Below, piece by piece: positions 24,291-39,000 of a DNA stretch of 64,000 bases (position 1 is its first letter; every line of letters begins with the position of its first letter). The translations under genes and the position numbers were made by a program. The notes under the pieces are model-generated. The model saw only the letters and a program-made list of their open reading frames with translations, did no database searches and was not told the DNA's origin. The DNA comes from Balanoglossus misakiensis (Eukaryota; Animalia; Hemichordata): the NCBI GenBank assembly GCA_040954595.2, contig CM082576.2:8249129-8313128 (forward strand), written 5' to 3'.

Positions 24291-26025
24291 AACTCCAGCA
24301 CGATGTTCCCATGCTACTTTTTAGCGGGCGGGGGTGGAAAATGTTGAGTCAGCACTTTCCTCGCACTCTCAATGCTGTAGTTTTCCTATGGTGAAAATAT
24401 TTGAAGAGCTCTGTCAAAAAATCAAGCTTGGCGACATAGTGTTTTCTCTATATCATTTAATAATACTCCTATTTTGGCATCTTCTGTGAAAATTTCAAAA
24501 AAAATGACAATTTTGTAACACTGTTTACTCAAAATTCTAGACATGGAAGGCTATGGAATGTGATAACCATGCACTGCATCTGGGTAGCCGTCTACCTGAT
24601 GTTGACATGTTGATGCAGTCCTACGTTGTATCAACTGCGCTCTAGTTTTGCTTTTGGGATTAGGATAGTCACCTTGAGCTTGACTTTTGACCCCCTTATT
24701 CTCGCGAACTTGAAGAAGCGTGGTCTAAAGACCACGTCCTCGCCAAAGCATTTTGAGAATATATTAATTCGTTGCACACACCCGATACTAATAGAATGAT
24801 CTCCTTTGATACAGTTACAGACTATGCATGCAGAAGATACCGACCCCTTTAATTTCATTAGTATCTAATTCGAGGTCAGGCAGCCACAATCGTTCCATTA
24901 AATGACAAAATCCGATATAAACGTTGGAAGTTATACCGAGTGGTGACGTGTAACAAATTATTGTTTGGGGTGGCTTGATTCAAAACATTCCACTGCCTAG
25001 AGTGATAGTACAGTGTTTCCCATCGCACAGTTAGGGTGTCAGGCCAGTAATTTCAGCACGCTTCTTGGATCTGATATTTTAAAACATCAAGAGGGTTGGC
25101 ACATTTTCAGACGGTAGTTTTTCACACCTCGAGGCGATCAGCAATTTCACGCAAGTGTGACATAAAGGTTAGTATAGTACAACAAACAACTATTTCATGG
25201 TCATTCACATTTTCAGGAGTTTGCTAAGTGACCTTGTCTAAGATACTGAGGTCCTTGACCTGAGATAAGGGACCGCATTCACCATTTTTTGTTCGAAAAA
25301 AAACATTCTTATGTTAAAAATGCAGTACCATGGATTGCGTCTTTTTGACTGGTGATTGCTCATTTTGAAAGCTGTATACTCAGCGGTTTTCACGGATTTT
25401 ACAGAAATTACAAACTTGTCCGATTTGATGTGAATATGGTTATAAGTATTAGGATTACGTAAGCTATACATATTCTGTGGAAGTGCTCAGTCATTAGATT
25501 TTTTTCCGTCGCGTGTGAATTACTGTTAGCACCGCAAATCACAGTTGTGTCGAGGTTCTATTGGCCTACCTTATTTCACCACGGCGCATGTTTTTGTGCT
25601 TTCTTGAATTTGATACCACGATTTGCCATGTTTTCATCAGCGTTACCTCGTCAAATATTAACATAAGGGTAAACACGTACGAACGAAATTCAATTAATTC
25701 ATAACTATAATCTTGCATACTTGACCTCTCACAAGAGAATTGTATTTGACAGTTAATTAGCGGACAGCAATTTCACAAGGAAACCCTTCTCGGTGCTCTT
25801 TCATTTTCGTGCAACCTCAGACACACACAAAAAATCCCCGCCAGAAAAACTTGTCAGTAATGTCGTTGCCTCTTTTCGTGTCAATTTTCATACGTCCCCA
25901 TCAAAACCTTGTCCTCATCGTCCTTGTTTATCAAAAGTAAACAATCAGAGGTCGATCACAGGTCATAAAGACACTGGCCTTGGATGGGTGGATAGTGAGG
26001 GGTACAATATACATATAGCCATTTG

Positions 26026-29000
26026 ATGTTATAGATCATGCAAATCTTCAAAAATCAACGATTTTTCGACTTTGCGAATTTTCAAAATTTGGCCATTTTT
26101 TGAAAAAAATCATGGGTTATAGCTCATGAAAATCTCCAAAAATGACGATTTTTCAATTTTGCGAAATATCAAAATTTCTTCATTTTTTTGAAAAAACCAT
26201 GGGTTATAGCTCATGAAAATCATCCAAAAATGACAATTTTTCGACTTAGCGAAATATCAAAATTTCTTCATTTTTTTGAAAAAACCATGGGTTATAGCTC
26301 ATGAAAATCATCCAAAAATGACAATTTTTCGACTTTGCGAAATATCAAAATTTCTTCATTTTTTTGAAAAAACCATGGGTTATAGCTCATGAAAATCATC
26401 CAAAAATGACAATTTTTCGACTTTGCGAAATATCAAAATTTCTTCATTTTTTTGAAAAAAACATGGGTTATAGCTCATGAAAATCATCCAAAAATGACAA
26501 TTTTTCGACTTTGCGAAATATCAAAATTTCTTCATTTTTTTGAAAAAACCATGGGTTATAGCTCATGAAAATCATCCAAAAATGACAATTTTTCGACTTT
26601 GCGAAATATCAATATTTCTTCATTTTTTTGAAAAAACCATGGGTTATAGCTCATGAAAATCATCCAAAAATGACAATTTTTCGACTTTGCGAAATATCAA
26701 AATTTCTTCATTTTTTTGAAAAAACCATGGGTTATAGCTCATGAAAATCATCCAAAAATGACAATTTTTCGACTTTGCGAAATATCAAAATTTCTTCATT
26801 TTTTTGAAAAAACCATGGGTTATAGCTCATGAAAATCATCCAAAAATGACAATTTTTCGACTTTGCGAAATATCAAAATTTCTTCATTTTTTTGAAAAAA
26901 CCATGGGTTATAGCTCATGAAAATCATCCAAAAATGACAATTTTTCGACTTTGCGAAATATCAAAATTTCTTCATTTTTTTGAAAAAACCATGGGTTATA
27001 GCTCATGAAAATCATCCAAAAATGACAATTTTTCGACTTTGCGAAATATCAAAATTTCTTCATTTTTTTGAAAAAACCATGGGTTATAGCTCATGAAAAT
27101 CATCCAAAAATGACAATTTTTCGACTTTGCGAAATATCAAAATTTCTTCATTTTTTTGAAAAAACCATGGGTTATAGCTCATGAAAATCATCCAAAAATG
27201 ACAATTTTTCGACTTTGCGAAATATCAAAATTTCTTCATTTTTTTGAAAAAACCATGGGTTATAGCTCATGAAAATCATCCAAAATTGACAATTTTTCGA
27301 CTTTGCGAAATATCAAAATTTCTTCATTTTTTTGAAAAAAACATGGGTTATAGCTCATGAAAATCATCCAAAAATGACAATTTTTCGACTTTGCGAAATA
27401 TCAAAATTTCTTCATTTTTTTGAAAAAACCATGGGTTATAGCTCATGAAAATCATCCAAAAATGACAATTTTTCGACTTTGCGAAATATCAAAATTTCTT
27501 CATTTTTTTGAAAAAACCATGGGTTATAGCTCATGAAAATCATCCAAAAATGACAATTTTTCGAATTTGCGAAATATCAAAATTTCTTCATTTTTTTGAA
27601 AAAACCATGGGTTATAGCTCATGAAAATCATCCAAAAATGACAATTTTTCGACTTTGCGAAATATCAAAATTTCTTCATTTTTTTGAAAAAAACATGGGT
27701 TATAGCTCATGAAAATCATCCAAAAATGACAATTTTTCGACTTTGCGAAATATCAAAATTTCTTCATTTTTTTGAAAAAACCATGGGTTATAGCTCATGA
27801 AAATCATCCAAAAATGACAATTTTTCGACTTTGCGAAATATCAAAATTTCTTCATTTTTTTGAAAAAACCATGGGTTATAGCTCATGAAAATCATCCAAA
27901 AATGACAATTTTTCGACTTTGCGAAATATCAAAATTTCTTCATTTTTTTGAAAAAACCATGGGTTATAGCTCATGAAAATCATCCAAAAATGACAATTTT
28001 TCGACTTTGCGAAATATCAAAATTTCTTCATTTTTTTGAAAAAACCATGGGTTATAGCTCATGAAAATCATCCAAAAATGACAATTTTTCGACTTTGCGA
28101 AATATCAAAATTTCTTCATTTTTTTGAAAAAACCATGGGTTATAGCTCATGAAAATCATCCAAAAATGACAATTTTTCGACTTTGCGAAATATCAAAATT
28201 TCTTCATTTTTTTGAAAAAACCATGGGTTATAGCTCATGAAAATCATCCAAAAATGACAATTTTTCGACTTTGCGAAATATCAAAATTTCTTCATTTTTT
28301 TGAAAAAACCATGGGTTATAGCTCATGAAAATCATCCAAAAATGACAATTTTTCGACTTTGCGAAATATCAAAATTTCTTCAATTTTTTGAAAAAACCAT
28401 GGGTTATAGCTCATGAAAATCATCCAAAAATGACAATTTTTCGACTTTGCGAAATATCAAAATTTCTTCATTTTTTTGAAAAAACCATGGGTTATAGCTC
28501 ATGAAAATCATCCAAAAATGACAATTTTTCGAATTTGCGAAATATCAAAATTTCTTCATTTTTTTGAAAAAAACATGGGTTATAGCTCATGAAAATCATC
28601 CAAAAATGACAATTTTTCGACTTTGCGAAATATCAAAATTTCTTCATTTTTTTGAAAAAAACATGGGTTATAGCTCATGAAAATCATCCAAAAATGACAA
28701 TTTTTCGACTTTGCGAAATATCAAAATTTCTTCATTTTTTTGAAAAAACCATGGGTTTTATAGCTCATGAAAATCATCCAAAAATGACAATTTTTCGACT
28801 TTGCGAAATATCAAAATTTCTTCATTTTTTTGAAAAAACCATGGGTTATAGCTCATGAAAATCATCCAAAAATGACAATTTTTCGACTTTGCGAAATATC
28901 AAAATTTCTTCATTTTTTTGAAAAAACCATGGGTTATAGCTCATGAAAATCATCCAAAAATGACAATTTTTCGACTTTGCGAAATATCAAAATTTCTTCA

Positions 29001-32000
29001 TTTTTTTGAAAAAACCATGGGTTATAGCTCATGAAAATCATCCAAAAATGACAATTTTTCGACTTTGCGAAATATCAAAATTTCTTCATTTTTTTGAAAA
29101 AACCATGGGTTATAGCTCATGAAAATCATCCAAAAATGACAATTTTTCGACTTTGCGAAATATCAAAATTTCTTCATTTTTTTGAAAAAACCATGGGTTA
29201 TAGCTCATGAAAATCATCCAAAAATGACAATTTTTCGACTTTGCGAAATATCAAAATTTCTTCATTTTTTTGAAAAAACCATGGGTTATAGCTCATGAAA
29301 ATCATCCAAAAATGACAATTTTTCGACTTTGCGAAATATCAAAATTTCTTCATTTTTTTGAAAAAACCATGGGTTATAGCTCATGAAAATCATCCAAAAA
29401 TGACAATTTTTCGACTTTGCGAAATATCAAAATTTCTTCATTTTTTTGAAAAAACCATGGGTTATAGCTCATGAAAATCATCCAAAAATGACAATTTTTC
29501 GACTTTGCGAAATATCAAAATTTCTTCATTTTTTTGAAAAAACCATGGGTTATAGCTCATGAAAATCATCCAAAAATGACAATTTTTCGACTTTGCGAAA
29601 TATCAAAATTTCTTCATTTTTTTGAAAAAACCATGGGTTATAGCTCATGAAAATCATCCAAAAATGACAATTTTTCGACTTTGCGAAATATCAAAATTTC
29701 TTCATTTTTTTGAAAAAACCATGGGTTATAGCTCATGAAAATCATCCAAAAATGACAATTTTTCGACTTTGCGAAATATCAAAATTTCTTCATTTTTTTG
29801 AAAAAACCATGGGTTAGCTCATGAAAATCATCCAAAAATGACAATTTTTCGACTTTGCGAAATATCAAAATTTCTTCATTTTTTTGAAAAAACCATGGGT
29901 TATAGCTCATGAAAATCATCCAAAAATGACAATTTTTCGACTTTGCGAAATATCAAAATTTCTTCATTTTTTTGAAAAAACCATGGGTTATAGCTCATGA
30001 AAATCATCCAAAAATGACAATTTTTCGACTTTGCGAAATATCAAAATTTCTTCATTTTTTTGAAAAAACCATGGGTTATAGCTCATGAAAATCATCCAAA
30101 AATGACAATTTTTCGACTTTGCGAAATATCAAAATTTCTTCATTTTTTTGAAAAAACCATGGGTTATAGCTCATGAAAATCATCCAAAAATGACAATTTT
30201 TCGACTTTGCGAAATATCAAAATTTCTTCATTTTTTTTGAAAAAACCATGGGTTATAGCTCATGAAAATCATCCAAAAATGACAATTTTTCGACTTTGCG
30301 AAATATCAAAATTTCTTCATTTTTTTGAAAAAACCATGGGTTATAGCTCATGAAAATCATCCAAAAATGACAATTTTTCGACTTTGCGAAATATCAAAAT
30401 TTCTTCATTTTTTTTAAAAAAAACATGGGTTATAGCTCATGAAAATCATCCAAAAATGACAATTTTTCGACTTTGCGAAATATCAAAATTTCTTCATTTT
30501 TTTGAAAAAACCATGGGTTATAGCTCATGAAAATCATCCAAAAATGACAATTTTTCGACTTTGCGAAATATCAAAATTTCTTCATTTTTTTGAAAAAACC
30601 ATGGGTTATAGCTCATGAAAATCATCCAAAAATGACAATTTTTCGACTTTGCGAAATATCAAAATTTCTTCAATTTTTTGAAAAAACCATGGGTTATAGC
30701 TCATGAAAATCATCCAAAAATGACAATTTTTCGACTTTGCGAAATATCAAAATTTCTTCATTTTTTTGAAAAAACCATGGGTTATAGCTCATGAAAATCA
30801 TCCAAAAATGACAATTTTTCGACTTTGCGAAATATCAAAATTTCTTCATTTTTTTGAAAAAACCATGGGTTATAGCTCATGAAAATCATCCAAAAATGAC
30901 AATTTTTCGACTTTGCGAAATATCAAAATTTCTTCATTTTTTTGAAAAAACCATGGGTTATAGCTCATGAAAATCATCCAAAAATGACAATTTTTCGACT
31001 TTGCGAAATATCAAAATTTCTTCATTTTTTTGAAAAAACCATGGGTTATAGCTCATGAAAATCATCCAAAAATGACAATTTTTCGACTTTGCGAAATATC
31101 AAAATTTCTTCATTTTTTTGAAAAAACCATGGGTTATAGCTCATGAAAATCATCCAAAAATGACAATTTTTCGACTTTGCGAAATATCAAAATTTCTTCA
31201 TTTTTTTGAAAAAACCATGGGTTATAGCTCATGAAAATCATCCAAAAATGACAATTTTTCGACTTTGCGAAATATCAAAATTTCTTCATTTTTTTGAAAA
31301 AACCATGGGTTATAGCTCATGAAAATCATCCAAAAATGACAATTTTTCGACTTTGCGAAATATCAAAATTTCTTCATTTTTTTGAAAAAACCATGGGTTA
31401 TAGCTCATGAAAATCATCCAAAAATGACAATTTTTCGACTTTGCGAAATATCAAAATTTCTTCATTTTTTTGAAAAAACCATGGGTTATAGCTCATGAAA
31501 ATCATCCAAAAATGACAATTTTTCGACTTTGCGAAATATCAAAATTTCTTCATTTTTTTGAAAAAACCATGGGTTATAGCTCATGAAAATAATCCAAAAA
31601 TGACAATTTTTCGACTTTGCGAAATATCAAAATTTCTTCATTTTTTTGAAAAAACCATGGGTTATAGCTCATGAAAATCATCCAAAAATGACAATTTTTC
31701 GACTTTGCGAAATATCAAAATTTCTTCATTTTTTTGAAAAAACCATGGGTTATAGCTCATGAAAATCATCCAAAAATGACAATTTTTCGACTTTGCGAAA
31801 TATCAAAATTTCTTCATTTTTTTGAAAAAACCATGGGTTATAGCTCATGAAAATCATCCAAAAATGACAATTTTTCGACTTTGCGAAATATCAAAATTTC
31901 TTCATTTTTTTGAAAAAACCATGGGTTATAGCTCATGAAAATCATCCAAAAATGACAATTTTTCGACTTTGCGAAATATCAAAATTTCTTCATTTTTTTG

Positions 32001-35000
32001 AAAAAACCATGGGTTATAGCTCATGAAAATCATCCAAAAATGACAATTTTTCGACTTTGCGAAATATCAAAATTTCTTCAATTTTTTGAAAAAACCATGG
32101 GTTATAGCTCATGAAAATCATCCAAAAATGACAATTTTTCGACTTTGCGAAATATCAAAATTTCTTCATTTTTTTGAAAAAACCATGGGTTATAGCTCAT
32201 GAAAATCATCCAAAAATGACAATTTTTCGACTTTGCGAAATATCAAAATTTCTTCATTTTTTTGAAAAAACCATGGGTTATAGCTCATGAAAATCATCCA
32301 AAAGTGACAATTTTTCGACTTTGCGAAATATCAAAATTTCTTCATTTTTTTGAAAAAACCATGGGTTATAGCTCATGAAAATCATCCAAAAATGACAATT
32401 TTTCGACTTTGCGAAATATCAAAATTTCTTCATTTTTTTGAAAAAACCATGGGTTATAGCTCATGAAAATCATCCAAAAATGACAATTTTTCGACTTTGC
32501 GAAATATCAAAATTTCTTCATTTTTTTGAAAAAACCATGGGTTATAGCTCATGAAAATCATCCAAAAATGACAATTTTTCGACTTTGCGAAATATCAAAA
32601 TTTCTTCATTTTTTTGAAAAAACCATGGGTTATAGCTCATGAAAATCATCCAAAAATGACAATTTTTCGACTTTGCGAAATATCAAAATTTCTTCATTTT
32701 TTTGAAAAAACCATGGGTTATAGCTCATGAAAATCATCCAAAAATGACAATTTTTCGACTTTGCGAAATATCAAAATTTCTTCATTTTTTTGAAAAAACC
32801 ATGGGTTATAGCTCATGAAAATCATCCAAAAATGACAATTTTTCGACTTTGCGAAATATCAAAATTTCTTCAATTTTTTGAAAAAACCATGGGTTATAGC
32901 TCATGAAAATCATCCAAAAATGACAATTTTTCGACTTTGCGAAATATCAAAATTTCTTCATTTTTTTGAAAAAACCATGGGTTATAGCTCATGAAAATCA
33001 TCCAAAAATGACAATTTTTCGACTTTGCGAAATATCAAAATTTCTTCATTTTTTTGAAAAAACCATGGGTTATAGCTCATGACAATCATCCAAAAATGAC
33101 AATTTTTCGACTTTGCGAAATATCAAAATTTCTTCATTTTTTTGAAAAAACCATGGGTTATAGCTCATGAAAATCATCCAAAAATGACAATTTTTCGACT
33201 TTGCGAAATATCAAAATTTCTTCATTTTTTTGAAAAAACCATGGGTTATAGCTCATGAAAATCATCCAAAAATGACAATTTTTCGACTTTGCGAAATATC
33301 AAAATTTCTTCATTTTTTTGAAAAAACCATGGGTTATAGCTCATGAAAATCATCCAAAAATGACAATTTTTCGACTTTGCGAAATATCAAAATTTCTTCA
33401 TTTTTTTGAAAAAACCATGGGTTATAGCTCATGAAAATCATCCAAAAATGACAATTTTTCGACTTTGTGAAATATCAAAATTTCTTCATTTTTTTGAAAA
33501 AACCATGGGTTATAGCTCATGAAAATCATCCAAAAATGACAATTTTTCGACTTTGCGAAATATCAAAATTTCTTCATTTTTTTGAAAAAACCATGGGTTA
33601 TAGCTCATGAAAATCATCCAAAAATGACAATTTTTCGACTTTGCGAAATATCAAAATTTCTTCATTTTTTTGAAAAAACCATGGGATATAGCTCATGAAA
33701 ATCATCCAAAAATGACAATTTTTCGACTTTGCGAAATATCAAAATTTCTTCATTTTTTTGAAAAAACCATGGGTTATAGCTCATGAAAATCATCCAAAAA
33801 TGACAATTTTTCGACTTTGCGAAATATCACAATTTCTTCATTTTTTGAAAAAACCATGGGTTATAGCTCATGAAAATCATCCAAAAATGACAATTTTTCG
33901 ACTTTGCGAAATATCAAAATTTCTTCATTTTTTTGAAAAAACCATGGGTTATAGCTCATGAAAATCATCCAAAAATGACAATTTTTCGACTTTGCGAAAT
34001 ATCAAAATTTCTTCATTTTTTTGAAAAAACCATGGGTTATAGCTCATGAAAATCATCCAAAAATGACAATTTTTCGACTTTGCGAAATATCAAAATTTCT
34101 TCATTTTTTTGAAAAAACCATGGGTTATAGCTCATGAAAATCATCCAAAAATGACAATTTTTCGACTTTGCGAAATATCGAAATTTCTTCATTTTTTGAA
34201 AAAACCATGGGTTATAGCTCATGAAAATCATCCAAAAATGACAATTTTTCGACTTTGCGAAATATCGAAATTTCTTCATTTTTTTGAAAAAACCATGGGT
34301 TATAGCTCATGAAAATCATCCAAAAATGACAATTTTTCGACTTTGCGAAATATCAAAATTTCTTCATTTTTTTGAAAAAACCATGGGTTATAGCTCATGA
34401 AAATCATCCAAAAATGACAATTTTTCGACTTTGCGAAATATCAAAATTTCTTCATTTTTTTGAAAAAACCATGGGTTATAGCTCATGAAAATCATCCAAA
34501 AATGACAATTTTTCGACTTTGCGAAATATCAAAATTTCTTCATTTTTTTGAAAAAACCATGGGTTATAGCTCATGAAAATCATCCAAAAATGACAATTTT
34601 TCGACTTTGCGAAATATCAAAATTTCTTCAATTTTTTGAAAAAACCATGGGTTATAGCTCATGAAAATCATCCAAAAATGACAATTTTTCGACTTTACGA
34701 AATATCAAAATTTCTTCATTTTTTTGAAAAAACCATGGGTTATAGCTCATGAAAATCATCCAAAAATGACAATTTTTCGACTTTGCGAAATATCAAAATT
34801 TCTTCATTTTTTTGAAAAAACCATGGGTTATAGCTCATGAAAATCATCCAAAAATGACAATTTTTCGACTTTGCGAAATATCAAAATTTCTTCATTTTTT
34901 TGAAAAAACCATGGGTTATAGCTCATGAAAATCATCCAAAAATGACAATTTTTCGACTTTGCGAAATATCAAAATTTCTTCATTTTTTTGAAAAAACCAT

Positions 35001-38000
35001 GGGTTATAGCTCATGAAAATCATCCAAAAATGACAATTTTTCGACTTTGCGAAATATCAAAATTTCTTCATTTTTTTGAAAAAACCATGGGTTATAGCTC
35101 ATGAAAATCATCCAAAAATGACAATTTTTCGACTTTGCGAAATATCAAAATTTCTTCATTTTTTTGAAAAAACCATGGGTTATAGCTCATGAAAATCATC
35201 CAAAAATGACAATTTTTCGACTTTGCGAAATATCAAAATTTCTTCATTTTTTTGAAAAAACCATGGGTTATAGCTCATGAAAATCATCCAAAAATGACAA
35301 TTTTTCGACTTTGCGAAATATCAAAATTTCTTCATTTTTTTGAAAAAACCATGGGTTATAGCTCATGAAAATCATCCAAAAATGACAATTTTTCGACTTT
35401 GCGAAATATCAAAATTTCTTCATTTTTTTGAAAAAACCATGGGTTATAGCTCATGAAAATCATCCAAAAATGACAATTTTTCGACTTTGCGAAATATCAA
35501 AATTTCTTCATTTTTTTGAAAAAACCATGGGTTATAGCTCATGAAAATCATCCAAAAATGACAATTTTTCGACTTTGCGAAATATCAAAATTTCTTCATT
35601 TTTTTTAAAAAACCATGGGTTATAGCTCATGAAAATCATCCAAAAATGACAATTTTTCGACTTTGCGAAATATCAAAATTTCTTCATTTTTTTGAAAAAA
35701 CCATGGGTTATAGCTCATGAAAATCATCCAAAAATGACAATTTTTCGACTTTGCGAAATATCAAAATTTCTTCATTTTTTTGAAAAAACCATGGGTTATA
35801 GCTCATGAAAATCATCCAAAAATGACAATTTTTCGACTTTGCGAAATATCAAAATTTCTTCATTTTTTTAAAAAAACCATGGGTTATAGCTCATGAAAAT
35901 CATCCAAAAATGACGATTTTTCGACTTTGCGAAATATCAAAATTTCTTCATTTCTTTGAAAAAACCATGGGTTATAGCTCATGAAAATCATCCAAAAATG
36001 ACGATTTTTCGACTTTGCGAAATATCAAAATTTCTTCATTTCTTTGAAAAAACCATGGGTTATAGCTCATGAAAATCATCCAAAAATGACAATTTTTCGA
36101 CTTTGCGAAATATCAAAATTTCTTCATTTTTTTGAAAAAACCATGGGTTATAGCTCATGAAAATCATCCAAAAATGACAATTTTTCGACTTTGCGAAATA
36201 TCAAAATTTCTTCATTTTTTTGAAAAAACCATGGGTTATAGCTCATGAAAATCATCCAAAAATGACAATTTTTCGACTTTGCGAAATATCAAAATTTCTT
36301 CATTTTTTTGAAAAAACCATGGGTTATAGCTCATGAAAATCATCCAAAAATGACAATTTTTCGACTTTGCGAAATATCAAAATTTCTTCATTTTTTTGAA
36401 AAAACCATGGGTTATAGCTCATGAAAATCATCCAAAAATGACGATTTTTCGACTTTGCGAAATATCAAAATTTCTTCATTTTTTTTGAAAAAACCATGGG
36501 TTATAGCTCATGAAAATCATCCAAAAATGACGATTTTTCGACTTTGCGAAATATCAAAATTTCTTCATTTTTTTGAAAAAACCATGGGTTATAGCTCATG
36601 AAAATCATCCAAAAATGACGATTTTTCGACTTTGCGAAATATCCAAATTTCTTCCTTTTTTTGAAAAAACCATGGGTTATAGCTCATGAAAATCATCCAA
36701 AAATGACGATTTTTCGACTTTGCGAAATATCCAAATTTCTTCATTTTTTTGAAAAAACCATGGGTTATAGCTCATGAAAATCATCCAAAAATGACGATTT
36801 TTCGACTTTGCGAAATATCAAAATTTCTTCCTTTTTTTGAAAAAACCATGGGTTATAGCTCATGAAAATCATCCAAAAATGACGATTTTTCGACTTTGCG
36901 AAATATCCAAATTTCTTCCTTTTTTTGAAAAAACCATGGGTTATAGCTCATGAAAATCATCCAAAAATGACGATTTTGCGACTTTGCGAAATATCCAAAT
37001 TTCTTCCTTTTTTTGAAAAAACCATGGGTTATAGCTCATGAAAATCATCCAAAAATGACGATTTTGCGACTTTGCGAAATATCCAAATTTCTTCCTTTTT
37101 TTGAAAAAACCATGGGTTATAGCTCATGAAAATCATCCAAAAATGACAATTTTTCGACTTTGCGAAATATCAAAATTTCTTCATTTTTTTTAAAAAACCA
37201 TGGGTTATAGCTCATGAAAATCATCCAAAAATGACAATTTTTCGACTTTGCGAAATATCAAAATTTCTTCATTTTTTTTAAAAAACCATGGGTTATAGCT
37301 CATGAAAATCATCCAAAAATGACAATTTTTCGACTTTGCGAAATATCAAAATTTCTTCCTTTTTTTTAAAAAACCATGGGTTATAGCTCATGAAAATCAT
37401 CCAAAAATGACAATTTTTCGACTTTGCGAAATATCAAAATTTCTTCCTTTTTTTTAAAAAACCATGGGTTATAGCTCATGAAAATCATCCAAAAATGACA
37501 ATTTTTCGACTTTGCGAAATATCAAAATTTCTTCCTTTTTTTAAAAAAACCATGGGTTATAGCTCATGAAAATCATCCAAAAATGACGATTTTTCGACTT
37601 TGCGAAATATCAAAATTTCTTCATTTTTTTGAAAAAACCATGGGTTATAGCTCATGAAAATCATCCAAAAATGACGATTTTTCGACTTTGCGAAATATCC
37701 AAATTTCTTCATTTTTTTGAAAAAACCATGGGTTATAGCTCATGAAAATCATCCAAAAATGACGATTTTTCGACTTTGCGAAATATCCAAATTTCTTCAT
37801 TTTTTTGAAAAAACCATGGGTTATAGCTCATGAAAATCATCCAAAAATGACGATTTTTCGACTTTGCGAAATATCCAAATTTCTTCATTTTTTTGAAAAA
37901 ACCATGGGTTATAGCTCATGAAAATCATCCAAAAATGACGATTTTTCGACTTTGCGAAATATCCAAATTTCTTCATTTTTTTGAAAAAACCATGGGTTAT

Positions 38001-38954
38001 AGCTCATGAAAATCATCCAAAAATGACGATTTTTCGACTTTGCGAAATATCCAAATTTCTTCATTTTTTTGAAAAAACCATGGGTTATAGCTCATGAAAA
38101 TCATCCAAAAATGACGATTTTTCGACTTTGCGAAATATCCAAATTTCTTCATTTTTTTGAAAAAACCATGGGTTATAGCTCATGAAAATCATCCAAAAAT
38201 GACGATTTTTCGACTTTGCGAAATATCCAAATTTCTTCATTTTTTTGAAAAAAACATGGGTTATAGCTCATGAAAATCATCCAAAAATGACGATTTTTCG
38301 TCTTTGCGAAATATCCAAATTTCTTCATTTTTTTGAAAAAACCATGGGTTATAGCTCATGAAAATCATCCAAAAATGACGATTTTTCGACTTTGCGAAAT
38401 ATCCAAATTTCTTCATTTTTTTGAAAAAACCATGGGTTATAGCTCATGAAAATCATCCAAAAATGACAATTTTTCGACTTTGCGAAATATCCAAATGTCT
38501 TCATTTTTTTGAAAAAACCATGGGTTATAGCTCATGAAAATCATCCAAAAATGACAATTTTTCGACTTTGCGAAATATCAAAATGTCTTCATTTTTTTGA
38601 AAAATCCATGGGTTATAGCTCATGAAAATCATCCAAAAATGACAATTTTTCGACTTTGCGAAATATCAAAATGTCTTCATTTTTTTGAAAAAACCATGGG
38701 TTATAGCTCATGAAAATCATCCAAAAATGACAATTTTTCGACTTTGCGAAATATCAAAATGTCTTCATTTTTTTGAAAAAACCATGGGTTATAGCTCATG
38801 AAAATCATCCAAAAATGACAATTTTTCGACTTTGCGAAATATCAAAATTTCTTCATTTCTTTGAAAAAAGCATGGGTTATAGCTCATGAAAATCATCCAA
38901 AAATGCCGATTTTTCGAAATTTGGTCATTTAAAAAAAAAAATAATCATGGGTTA
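26026..38954. repeat. 88-bp satellite DNA array, ~147 copies
   Basis: Unit GGGTTATAGCTCATGAAAATCATCCAAAAATGACAATTTTTCGACTTTGCGAAATATCAAAATTTCTTCATTTTTTTGAAAAAACCAT recurs at 26201, 26289...26641 (5x88). Head-to-tail, no spacers, degenerate copies at both ends. Confidence 0.99.
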
Positions 38955-39000
38955 CCTTTCGATCACCAGGAGTGGGCGAACGTCGACATTTTCCAACACG

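Noticed and set aside
15300-25900. Terminal inverted repeats bounding the NURR/kinase/RING island
   Set aside because: Only short AT-rich matches (e.g. AGATGCCAAA at ~15551 versus its inverse at ~24473); not enough to call element ends.
26201-26288. CENP-B box or telomeric motif in the monomer
   Set aside because: TTCG-N6-CGAA does not fit TTCG-N4-A-N2-CGGG, and a single GGGTTA per 88 bp is not a telomeric array.
26026-38954. CRISPR array, or coding ORFs in the repeat (28652, 33758, 34037, 34109)
   Set aside because: Monomers are contiguous with no unique spacers, there are no cas genes and the context is eukaryotic. The ORFs arise from small indels in satellite copies.
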